From positions 113,236 to 177,235 of the forward strand of contig JBGAIQ010000006.1 in the NCBI GenBank assembly GCA_044225365.1: a stretch of 64,000 bases of DNA, written 5' to 3'. How positions within the stretch are numbered: position 1 is the first letter of the stretch; each line of letters starts with the position of its first letter. A program made the position numbers and the translations under genes. Below the pieces are notes generated by a model, which was not told the origin of the DNA, made no database searches, and saw only the letters and a program-made list of their open reading frames with translations. Origin of the DNA: Planctomycetota bacterium. Lineage in GTDB: Bacteria > Planctomycetota > B15-G4 > JADJEK01. Positions 9,163 to 19,121 of this stretch are shown here, piece by piece.

Positions 9163-10140
9163 ATGGCCATCGCCGATTCGACCCTTCCCGGACTGCTGAA
9201 GCTGCTCGCCGATCCGACGCGGTTGCGCATCCTCGCCGTGCTCGAGCGCGAGGAACTGAGCGTCAGCGAGCTGTGCGCCGTGCTCGGCATGGCGCAGAGT
9301 CGGGTGTCGAACCACCTGCGGATCCTGCGCGACGCCGAACTCCTGCTCGAACGGCATTCGGGCGCGAGCACGCACGTGCGGCTCGATTCCAACGCCAATG
9401 CTGCGGCGGCCCGCTTGTGGGGCACGCTGCGCGACGACGTGTCGACGCTGCCGGAGCACTCGGCCGATCTCGTTCGCCTCGACGCGCTCCTCGCGCGGCG
9501 GCGCGCCAAGGCAGGCGACTTCTTCGATCGAGTCGCCGGTCAGTGGGACAAGATCGCGGGCGCGTTCCGCACGGGCCAGGGACGCCTGCGGCTCGCTTCG
9601 CATCTCCTGCCCGCCCATTTCGTCGTGGCCGACCTCGGCTGTGGCACGGGCTACGTCGGCGAAGGACTGCTCGGCGTCGCGAGCAAACTCATCTGCGTCG
9701 ATCGGTCCGAGAAGATGCTCGCAGCCGCGAAGAAGCGGCTCGCGCGAGGACGCGCAGCGATGACCATCGAATTCCGCCGCGGCGAGGTCGATGGCCTCCC
9801 GATCGAAGACGAAGAAGTCGACGGCGTCGTCGCGGGAATGGTGCTGCATCATCTTCCGCGCCTCGACGGCGCCATCGCCGAGATGTTCCGCGTGCTGAAG
9901 CCAGGCGGCGCAGCGGCCATCCTCGAACTCGCACCCCACAAAGAGGCCTGGATGCGGCGCGAACTCAGCGACCGGCACCTCGGCCTCGAAGCAACCGATG
10001 TCCTGTCCGCACTGAAACGCGCGGGCTTCGTCGATGTGGTTCTCGATCCGGTCGACGACCACTATCAGCCGAAAAAGGAAGACGGCGAGGAGGTCTCGCT
10101 GCCCCTGTACATCGCCCGTGGTCGCAAATCCATTTCGTAG
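9163..10140 (+). CDS. sahR: ArsR-family HTH + SAM-dependent methyltransferase-fold regulator (SahR-like)
   Basis: ArsR N-terminus (LADPTRLRIL...QSRVSNHLRIL) fused to a class I MTase (DLGCGTG, MVLHH, RVLKPGG); directly upstream of ahcY. Confidence 0.82.
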   Translation: MAIADSTLPGLLKLLADPTRLRILAVLEREELSVSELCAVLGMAQSRVSNHLRILRDAELLLERHSGASTHVRLDSNANAAAARLWGTLRDDVSTLPEHSADLVRLDALLARRRAKAGDFFDRVAGQWDKIAGAFRTGQGRLRLASHLLPAHFVVADLGCGTGYVGEGLLGVASKLICVDRSEKMLAAAKKRLARGRAAMTIEFRRGEVDGLPIEDEEVDGVVAGMVLHHLPRLDGAIAEMFRVLKPGGAAAILELAPHKEAWMRRELSDRHLGLEATDVLSALKRAGFVDVVLDPVDDHYQPKKEDGEEVSLPLYIARGRKSIS

Positions 10141-10185
10141 GGGCGCACGGCTGTGCGCCCGATTCGTCAACCAAAGGCCCCTCTC

Positions 10186-11667
<1,482 letters not shown>

Positions 11668-11756
11668 GCGGGTTCTAGCCGGGTGCGCGCCTGCGCACTC
11701 GTGCCCACTCCTGCCCACTCCGTCATCGCGACGCGCCGCTCGAGAGCGCGTCGATT

Positions 11757-11832
11757 CGCCGCGGGATTGATTCGCGGACCCGGGATTCGTAGCGTAAATC
11801 GCGCTTCCCGGGTCGCGATCGATTCCGCGGCG
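11757..11832. other. long imperfect intergenic hairpin
   Basis: CGCCGCGGGATTGATTCGCGGACCCGGGA pairs with TCCCGGGTCGCGATCGATTCCGCGGCG (about 27-bp stem with G-U pairs and bulges). Confidence 0.5.
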
Positions 11833-11957
11833 TGCGTTCGCTCTCCGTTCTTCTCCCCTCCTAGCGCGCTCGCCGGCGAACCTCCGATCGCAACCGCACG
11901 CGGGCAACGTGTGGTGATCCGGGGATGGCATTGCGTACGAAAGACCGGGAGCGCGAG

Positions 11958-12524
11958 ATGACCGAAATCGACGCCGGCCCGCAGGTGCTTCCCGCGCCTG
12001 CGGCGCCGCGCATGCTTCGTCTGTCTGCGGGTTTCGTCTACTTCTACTTCGGCTTCCTGAAGTTCTACACGGACCTCAGCCCGGCCGAGCTGCTCGCCAC
12101 GCAGACGATCATGCGCATCTGGCCGTGGCACGTCGACGCCCACACGGTTCTCTTCTGGCTCGCGCTCTCCGAATCCGTGATCGGTCTCGCGTTCTTGCTC
12201 AACATCGGTCTGCGATACGTGCTGTGGATCTTCCTGCTGCATCAGCTCGGAACGTTCCTGCCGCTCGTGCTCTACCCCGAGCTTTGCTTCAAGATCGCGC
12301 CGTTCTCGCCGACCATGGAAGGTCAGTACATTCTGAAGAACCTCATCTCGCTCTCGGCAGGGCTCACCGTGATGATGCCCGCCGTTCGCGCGCGGACCGC
12401 GCGCGAGAAAGCAGAGAAGCAGCAACGCATCGCCGCGAGAAGACCGAACGCAAGCAACACAAGTGCTCCGGCCCCGCGAGAGACGGCCGTCGCACTCGAA
12501 TCCACCCCCGTGAGGCTGCCATGA
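11958..12524 (+). CDS. DoxX-family membrane protein
   Basis: LRLSAGFVYFYFGFLKF, SPAELLA, TM helices, PTMEGQYILKNL. Confidence 0.8.
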   Translation: MTEIDAGPQVLPAPAAPRMLRLSAGFVYFYFGFLKFYTDLSPAELLATQTIMRIWPWHVDAHTVLFWLALSESVIGLAFLLNIGLRYVLWIFLLHQLGTFLPLVLYPELCFKIAPFSPTMEGQYILKNLISLSAGLTVMMPAVRARTAREKAEKQQRIAARRPNASNTSAPAPRETAVALESTPVRLP

Positions 12525-14113
12525 ATCGATCGTCCGAGCGGATCCTCGTCGGTTGCGGGATCATCCTCACCGCGGTCGGGATGCACTGGACCTATCAGAT
12601 GTACAAGGGCACCGAAGCGAGTCGCGTGCCTTCGTTCCTCCCCGAGCCGAGCGAACATTTTCCGATCGCGCAGGCGTCTGCGATCCCCGTCGATCCGATC
12701 CCAGCTGCAACCGCAGCGCCGGCCGATCCCCGGCCGATCGCCACTGTCAGCTCACCCGAACACGACATGCCGCAGAGGGCTCCCGAACTCCTGATCTACC
12801 CGACGATCGAGCGCGGCTTCCGCACGCCTTTCGATCTTTGGCGCTACTACGGCCGCGGGGCTTCGTCGTGGGACACGCCGCTCATGGGAATGCGCTTCGA
12901 GCAGTGGCTCGAATTCCACGACAAGCAGAAGCCGACGTTGATGCGCGAAGTCCACGACTACATGAACTCGCGCTACGACTTCTCCGGCAAGGCGATCCCC
13001 GACCAGAAGATGTCGGGCGGCCGCAAGGCGATCATGGCAGGACCGGTCGCCCGCTTGCCGAACGGGTTCGATTCCTACGAAGCGCTGGCGCGCCTCCCGG
13101 CCAAGGAGATCCGCGAGCGCGACCTGTTCCCGTACAAGCCGCTCGCGCACCCGCTGCAGTCGACCGCACACATGGTCTTCCCCGACATGTGGATCGCTGT
13201 GCACCCGGAGCACGAGCGCTTCGACGTCGGCATGGACATCCCCGACGCATACCTTCCCGAGTTCCCGCCGCCGCTCTTCCTCACCACGCACAAAGAACTC
13301 GGCGACGTCACCTCGGGTCAGGAGGTGACGCTCGAGAACTACTACCCGATCTTCGACGGACTGTTGACGCCCGAGCAGATGGAAGGCCTCAAAGAGCTGC
13401 TTCGTCCCTCGCCGTCGACGTGGTTCAACCAGACGGACCACCGTCTCACGAAGAAACCGTCCCGCGGCGTCTCTTGTCTCGACTGCCACGTGAACGGCCA
13501 CACCAACGGCGCTTTCGAGCTCGCACCCGACTCGCGCCCGCTTCTCGCTCGCCTGCGCGTCGACACGCCCTCGCTTCGGGGAAACTACAACCTCGCGCAG
13601 CTCTCCTCGAAACGCTCGATCCGCAGCATGGACCACTTCGCCGAGGTCGAGGAGTACTTCGACGGTGATCCCGGGATGATGCAAGCGATCGGCCCCCGCG
13701 CGGTGAAACGCGAAGTCTCGACTCGCATGGGCGACTTCAATGCGATCGTGGATTATCCGCCGGCACCAAAGCTCGATCCGCTGCAGCGCCTGCGCAAGGA
13801 CCTCGCGACGGAATCGGAGCTGCGCGGCGAATCCCTGTTCCACGGCAAGGGCCAGTGCATCCAGTGCCACGGCGGCCCGGCCTTCGTCGACGACTACTTG
13901 CACGACCTAGAGGTCGAACGCTTCTACAAGGGCCGTCCCGAAGGCCCGATCAAGACCTTCCCGCTTCGCGGCATCAAGGATTCGCCGCCCTATCTCCACG
14001 ACGGCCGATGCCCGACGCTCGCCGACACGATCGAGTTCTTCGATCTCGTTCTCGAACTCCATCTCACGAAGCAGGAGAAGGGCGATCTCCTGGCGTATCT
14101 GCTTTGCTTGTGA
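12521..14113 (+). CDS. membrane-anchored di-heme cytochrome c (cytochrome c peroxidase/MauG-like superfamily)
   Basis: Two CxxCH motifs (CLDCH, CIQCH), TPSLRG, KTFPLRGIKDSPPYLHDG; N-terminal TM; ATGA overlap with the DoxX stop. Confidence 0.85.
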   Translation: MNRSSERILVGCGIILTAVGMHWTYQMYKGTEASRVPSFLPEPSEHFPIAQASAIPVDPIPAATAAPADPRPIATVSSPEHDMPQRAPELLIYPTIERGFRTPFDLWRYYGRGASSWDTPLMGMRFEQWLEFHDKQKPTLMREVHDYMNSRYDFSGKAIPDQKMSGGRKAIMAGPVARLPNGFDSYEALARLPAKEIRERDLFPYKPLAHPLQSTAHMVFPDMWIAVHPEHERFDVGMDIPDAYLPEFPPPLFLTTHKELGDVTSGQEVTLENYYPIFDGLLTPEQMEGLKELLRPSPSTWFNQTDHRLTKKPSRGVSCLDCHVNGHTNGAFELAPDSRPLLARLRVDTPSLRGNYNLAQLSSKRSIRSMDHFAEVEEYFDGDPGMMQAIGPRAVKREVSTRMGDFNAIVDYPPAPKLDPLQRLRKDLATESELRGESLFHGKGQCIQCHGGPAFVDDYLHDLEVERFYKGRPEGPIKTFPLRGIKDSPPYLHDGRCPTLADTIEFFDLVLELHLTKQEKGDLLAYLLCL

Positions 14114-14130
14114 GAAAGCCGGCCGGAAGC

Positions 14131-14174
14131 AAAACGAGCGGCGCGAGCTGGAAGCCCGTGCCGCTCGTTCTTTC
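14131..14174. terminator. probable bidirectional intrinsic terminator
   Basis: AACGAGCGGC...GCCGCTCGTT stem flanked by AAAA and CTTT, between convergent genes. Confidence 0.65.
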
Positions 14175-14190
14175 GGTCTGACGAATTCGA

Positions 14191-14520
14191 TCAGCGACCG
14201 CGGTAACCGCCGCCACCGCCTCCGCCGCCCCGATACCCGCCGCCGCCACCACCGCCGCCGCCGCCGCCACGCGATTCACGCGCGCGCGCTTCGTTCACGG
14301 TGAGATTGCGACCGCCGTAAGCGGCGCCGTTGAGCGCCTCCATGGCCTTGCGGCCATCGGCGTCGTTCGACATCTCGACGAAGCCGAAGCCGCGCGAGCG
14401 GCCCGTTTCGCGGTCGATGACGATCTGCGCACTGCTCACGTCGCCGTGCGACGAGAACAGATCGCGAAGCTGGGAGTCGGTGCAGTCGTAGGAAAGATTG
14501 CCAACGTAGAGCTTGAGCAC
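14191..14520 (-). CDS. RRM RNA-binding protein with Gly-rich tail
   Basis: RNP2 LYVGNL, RNP1 RGFGFVEM, LTVNEAR, Gly-rich/RGG tail. Confidence 0.95.
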   Translation of the reverse strand: MLKLYVGNLSYDCTDSQLRDLFSSHGDVSSAQIVIDRETGRSRGFGFVEMSNDADGRKAMEALNGAAYGGRNLTVNEARARESRGGGGGGGGGGGYRGGGGGGGGYRGR

Positions 14521-14894
14521 TGGTAAGTGACCTCAACCCGAGGACTACTAGAAACTGACGCTGATTCCTCGGGGAGAACCGGTGTCGCAGCGAGCGGTGG
14601 ATCCACGTTTGGTCCAACCGTCGAAATTCGAGACGTAGTAGCGCCGCGAACCTGGACGGAAGCATAAACGAAAACCCGTCGATTGCGGGGGTGATTCCCG
14701 ATCTTGTCGTCGTGCCCGCTCCGCGCGGTGGAATCCGCGATTCGAGGCCGTGCTCTGTAGCCGAACCCCGTTTCGAGACGATCGCTCGTCGCGACGAACG
14801 ATATCGAATCCTCGGGATCCGAGTTCGCGAACTCACGTTTCGGTCGAATGCGGTGCGAATCGCCGTCGATCCGCACCGCCGGATTGGGACGCGA

Positions 14895-16157
14895 TCAGGG
14901 CGTGTTGACGTAGATCAAGCGATCCGTCGTGTACGAGCTGCCGAAGATCGGAACCGTGTAGGGGCCGAGCAGCGGCGCCGTGTAGTTGTCGGCGAGATCG
15001 GTGAAGCCGCGCACAGGAGCGGAAGCGCCCACGTTCGCGGTCCAGCCGTCCTTCGTCGAGGCGCCGTAGTAGATCCCGATCCACGACCCGCTGCAGGGCG
15101 CGTTGTGCAGGAAGAGCCCTTCATCGACCCACGCGCACTCCTTGCCGGGATAGACGTTGCCATTCGTCCAGCAGCCGATGTTCGAAGTCGTCAGGTTGAA
15201 CCACGGCAGATTCGGGAACGAGAAGTTGAGCGCCTGGAAGCTGCCGTTGACGCCGGTGGCGTCGACGCACGAAGTCGTTCCCTGGAACGATCGGAACTGG
15301 TGATGCTTCGGAGCCGGCGCACCGGGACAGAGGCACGCGCCGCCGAGCAATCCGATCTGACCTCCGACGACGGGATCCTCGACCGCGCAGAACGTCGAGC
15401 CCGGGACGACCATCTCGCGCGAAGCCTCGGCGAGCATCGGCCCGCTCGGCGACGGATTGTTCGATGCCACGAACGGCTGCGTCGTCGAGTGCGGCGCCAC
15501 GATCGCGTACGAACGCGTCGGATGGAACTGACCTGGCCGATCGGAGAAGCCCGGCCGATGGATGAAGAAGTCGCACGCGTGATAGAGCACGACGGCGTTC
15601 TCGCTGATCGCTCCCGATCCGCACGGCGAAGCGTAGTCGACGTACCCGTAGTAGAACGCGGTCGGCTGCGTACCGAAGGGCGCGAGACAGCTCGGCGCGG
15701 GACAGGGCGGAACGATGCCGGTGAGGACGACCTGCAGATCGGCCTTTGCCACGAAGCGCCACACTTGCCGCGCGATGCCGCTCGGCGCCGTCTCCGTCCA
15801 GGTGCGCGTGTAGTCGAGCGTCACCTTACCGGTGAGCACGGGGCTACCCGTGGCGACGTCGATCGCAGTGAGCAGGGAGACGAACTCCGCGCACCTCACC
15901 GAGGACGGCGCACTCATTGTCACCGTGAGATTGTTGAGCACCGCGGGAACGCAGTTGTTCCAGCAGATGCCGAGTCCCGGCAGCGTGACGGCCGGGAACG
16001 CGGGCAAGGTCGCCGTCGTCGGCGCGCAGCAGGTCGTGAACGAGAGATTGTCGGGGCCGACGCAGAGCTGAGCGCTCGCTCGGGACGTAAACGAGAAAAG
16101 GCCGAGTCCCACCGCAAACGCGGACATGACGCGGCCAAGAAGATGCGGATTGCGCAT
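14895..16157 (-). CDS. secreted cysteine-rich hypothetical protein
   Basis: ATG at 16157 after AGGAGG; signal peptide ending ASA-Q; 17 Cys in the mature part. Confidence 0.8.
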   Translation of the reverse strand: MRNPHLLGRVMSAFAVGLGLFSFTSRASAQLCVGPDNLSFTTCCAPTTATLPAFPAVTLPGLGICWNNCVPAVLNNLTVTMSAPSSVRCAEFVSLLTAIDVATGSPVLTGKVTLDYTRTWTETAPSGIARQVWRFVAKADLQVVLTGIVPPCPAPSCLAPFGTQPTAFYYGYVDYASPCGSGAISENAVVLYHACDFFIHRPGFSDRPGQFHPTRSYAIVAPHSTTQPFVASNNPSPSGPMLAEASREMVVPGSTFCAVEDPVVGGQIGLLGGACLCPGAPAPKHHQFRSFQGTTSCVDATGVNGSFQALNFSFPNLPWFNLTTSNIGCWTNGNVYPGKECAWVDEGLFLHNAPCSGSWIGIYYGASTKDGWTANVGASAPVRGFTDLADNYTAPLLGPYTVPIFGSSYTTDRLIYVNTP

Positions 16158-16512
16158 TTCGATCCTCCTTCGAGGAATGGGCGAGGTGTGGGATCCCGAA
16201 CGACGCCACGATCCTAACCGATAATGCCGAATTCGGCACGCGAAGGGTCGAGACCCGGCCGGTGCCCCCATGACTCTTTGGTCAGCGCCGGGCGAACCCT
16301 TGTTACCCCCCGGACGGGGCTCGGTAGACCGGTCGACACGAAACCGATCCCTCGCCGACGAACGCGCATTCGCGATGCGCGCGAATTCCGGCGACGCCAT
16401 CGCCCCCACCTCTGCGACTGGCGCGAGGATCGAGAATCCTCCGCTCATCCATCCCACCGCCTCGCGAGTGGATGCGCGGTTCGACTCATCCCCTCCCGAC
16501 GAAGGAGTTCCC

Positions 16513-17013
16513 ATGCGTACGAATCCAGCATTGCGGCACCGTGTCGAACAGGATCTCGCCGCGCTTCTCGACGTCAACGGAGCGCGACGACGAGCCGCGC
16601 GACTCGATCTCGTCGCATTCGGGCCTCGCGTCTCGGGTCTTCTCGAGTATCGCCTTGCTCACGGCAGCCCGGCGCAGCGGATCGCCGCTGCCCACGTGCT
16701 GAGCGACGTCCCGAGTGATCGGGCCATCCTCGCGCTGCTCAGGAGTTTCGAGGATCCCGACCCCGGCGTACGTTTCTCCGCGGCCGACGCGCTCGCGGAA
16801 CATTCCGAACATGCCATCCGTCCCCTCCTGCGCGCGCTGATCGATCGCGGGCACTCGCCCTGGTTCCGCGAATGCGCGGCGCAGTGCTTCTCACGGCTCT
16901 CCGGGCGGGGCGTGCGGACGGGTGCCGGCCGCGTCGCAGCCGCACTGCTCGACTCACGCCGCTTCGTGCTGATCCCGCTGCTCGCGTTGGAAGCCCTCTC
17001 CGGCGACGGATGA
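16513..17013 (+). CDS. HEAT-repeat protein
   Basis: GAAGGAG RBS; repeats QRIAAAHVL..RAILALL and DPDPGVRFSAADALAE..AIRPLL. Confidence 0.7.
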   Translation: MRTNPALRHRVEQDLAALLDVNGARRRAARLDLVAFGPRVSGLLEYRLAHGSPAQRIAAAHVLSDVPSDRAILALLRSFEDPDPGVRFSAADALAEHSEHAIRPLLRALIDRGHSPWFRECAAQCFSRLSGRGVRTGAGRVAAALLDSRRFVLIPLLALEALSGDG

Positions 17014-17107
17014 CCCTGTGATGTGGGGCAGCCACCTGCCCCGCTTTCTCCATCTCTCGAGTACGCCAAGAACGCCCAGGCGAGCGACTCGCGTTATCCT
17101 CGGCGAC

Positions 17108-17773
17108 GTGAAATCCAAACCGAGACGAGACGACGCGGCCGCGCAGGAAGCCATCGCGAGTGACGCCGACGACTTCGTGACGATCCTGCGTCGCGAACTC
17201 ACGCGGCGCTGCCACGCGAATGCGCATTACTCGCTTCGCGCTTTCGCACGCGACCTGCGATGCGATCACTCTTCGCTGTCGCAACTCCTTCGCGGTCGCC
17301 GCAAGCTCACGCCCGCGATCGTCCTGAAGCTCGCTCCGCGCCTTCGACTCGACGCCCCCACCGCCGAGCGCCTCGCTGGGTTGGCCGCGCGAAACTCGTT
17401 CGCCGAGCCCGCGGCGTTGAAGCTCGCGAGAGCGCTCACCTGCGATGCCTGGTGCGCGCTCGCCGAGTGGCCGCATCTCGCGATCCTCGAACTCACGCGT
17501 CTGCCCGAGTTCCGCACCGACAGTCGCTTCATCGCACGCGTCCTCGGCGCCACCGTCGACGAGGTCAACATCGCGCTGCAGCGACTCCTGCGCCTCGGCC
17601 TCCTCGAGATGGTCTCGCCGCAGAAGTGGATCGACCGGACCGCAGCGACCTCGATGGACGCATTCGCGCGTGCGACCGTGCGGAAACTGCTCGAACGACT
17701 GAAATCGCTCGCGGACGAACCCGCGGCGGAACCGCAACGCAGAACGAAACCGAGAAGGAGAGTACGCCGATGA
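17108..17773 (+). CDS. XRE-like HTH protein of TIGR02147/DUF4423 type
   Basis: YSLRAFARDL...SLSQLLRGRRKLT, WPHLAILEL, IARVLG...ALQRLLRLGLL; start uncertain (GTG at 17108). Confidence 0.7.
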   Translation: MKSKPRRDDAAAQEAIASDADDFVTILRRELTRRCHANAHYSLRAFARDLRCDHSSLSQLLRGRRKLTPAIVLKLAPRLRLDAPTAERLAGLAARNSFAEPAALKLARALTCDAWCALAEWPHLAILELTRLPEFRTDSRFIARVLGATVDEVNIALQRLLRLGLLEMVSPQKWIDRTAATSMDAFARATVRKLLERLKSLADEPAAEPQRRTKPRRRVRR

Positions 17774-18132
17774 GTCATCCCGTCACGCAGTTCCAGATCC
17801 TCGCGAAGGACCCCGAGAGCGTCGCGCGCTTCTTCGGCCGACTCTTCGGCTGGCACATCGACGCCAACAACCCTCTTGGTTACCGCAGGATCGAAACGGG
17901 CAGCAAGGATGGCATCCAGGGCGGCATCTGGCCCGCGCCTCCGCAGGCGCCCGATTTCGTGCAGCTCTTCATCGATGTGGACGATGTCGCGGCGATCGTG
18001 AAGAAGGCCGAGGACGGCGGCGCAAAGGTGCTCGTCCCGCCGACCGTGCTTCCAGAAGGCGACGAGATGGCGGTGCTCCTTGCCCCGAATCAGATGTCGT
18101 TCGCCGTTCAGCGCAAATCGAAGCGCGCTTGA
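17770..18132 (+). CDS. VOC/glyoxalase-family protein
   Basis: MSHPVTQFQI..DPE...FFGRLFGW, GIQGGI, FIDVDDV...GGAKVLVPP; ATGA overlap with the upstream gene. Confidence 0.88.
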   Translation: MSHPVTQFQILAKDPESVARFFGRLFGWHIDANNPLGYRRIETGSKDGIQGGIWPAPPQAPDFVQLFIDVDDVAAIVKKAEDGGAKVLVPPTVLPEGDEMAVLLAPNQMSFAVQRKSKRA

Positions 18133-18138
18133 TGGAGT

Positions 18139-19032
18139 TCAGTCCGGCTCGGGGGCGTTGCTGGACATCCAAGCGATCGCACGCTCGATCTCGAATCGCA
18201 TGCGATCGCGCGGATAGCGACAGCGCCGCCCGTGACCGGGCAGGATCCATTCGAACGACAGGTCCGCGAGCCGCTTCGTCGAGGCGATGAGCCGATCCCA
18301 GTCGTACCAGCAGGCCGACCGGAACCCGTAGACCTGATCGAGCCGCGCGCTGTACGCAATGTGATCGCCGGTGAACAGCGCCTCGTCACGGAACAGGAGA
18401 CACGCCGAACCGCGCGTGTGTCCGGGCGTCGGGATGACGAGGAGATCCCCGGCGAGTGGATGCGGCGCATCCCCCGTGATGCGAATCTCGGGAGCAGCAC
18501 CCAGCGTCGCAGCGTCGCCGGCATGCATCACGCGCTCGCAGGCGAAGTGCTCGGTCCACTTCGCATGATCGGCGACGTCGTCGCCATGGGTGAGGAAGAG
18601 CCACTTCACGCCGCCCATGGCCTCGATCTTCTCGACGAGCGGCCGCACGAAGCGCGGACTATCGACAAGGACGTTGCCGTCCGTCCGCCGCACGAAGTAG
18701 CTCGTCGCGCCGAAGCTCTTCTCGCTGTGGAAGCCGCAGTGGAAGATCTCGTCCGTGATCGGCAACGGGAAGTCGTGCGTCGCGGCGGCAAGCCCGCGCT
18801 TCGACTCTCCTTCGACTCCGATGGAGGCCGTCGGGCAGGCGAGGAGCGCGTGTAACGCGGCACGTGTCTCCGGCGCGCGCGGACCGGGCTGGGCGATCAC
18901 CGCGGACTGCTCGCCGCTTCGCCGAAAGACTTCGGGTGCCATCCAACGACAGGTGTCGCAGTCGATGCACGTCGAGTCGACGTAGAAATCGCCCGGAACG
19001 TTCTCCACACGACGTTGCTTCGGATTCGCCAT
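18139..19032 (-). CDS. ferredoxin-fused metallo-beta-lactamase-fold hydrolase
   Basis: N-terminal CIDCDTC...CP Fe-S motif; THGDDVADH, TPGHTRGS, FTGDH, LPGHG. Confidence 0.88.
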   Translation of the reverse strand: MANPKQRRVENVPGDFYVDSTCIDCDTCRWMAPEVFRRSGEQSAVIAQPGPRAPETRAALHALLACPTASIGVEGESKRGLAAATHDFPLPITDEIFHCGFHSEKSFGATSYFVRRTDGNVLVDSPRFVRPLVEKIEAMGGVKWLFLTHGDDVADHAKWTEHFACERVMHAGDAATLGAAPEIRITGDAPHPLAGDLLVIPTPGHTRGSACLLFRDEALFTGDHIAYSARLDQVYGFRSACWYDWDRLIASTKRLADLSFEWILPGHGRRCRYPRDRMRFEIERAIAWMSSNAPEPD

Positions 19033-19121
19033 GATCCCTTCCTGTAGCGCGAACGGCGGCAGATCCAACTCCGGTCGGATCCGCTACCATGCTGCGCTCC
19101 CGCCGCAATCGGAGCAACCGC

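Noticed and set aside
9038-10185. SAM/SAH riboswitch ahead of sahR or ahcY
   Set aside because: The leaders are short and lack the conserved cores; protein regulation by SahR explains the locus.
14200-14270. (CCG/CCA)n low-complexity tract
   Set aside because: It simply encodes the Gly-rich tail of the RRM protein.
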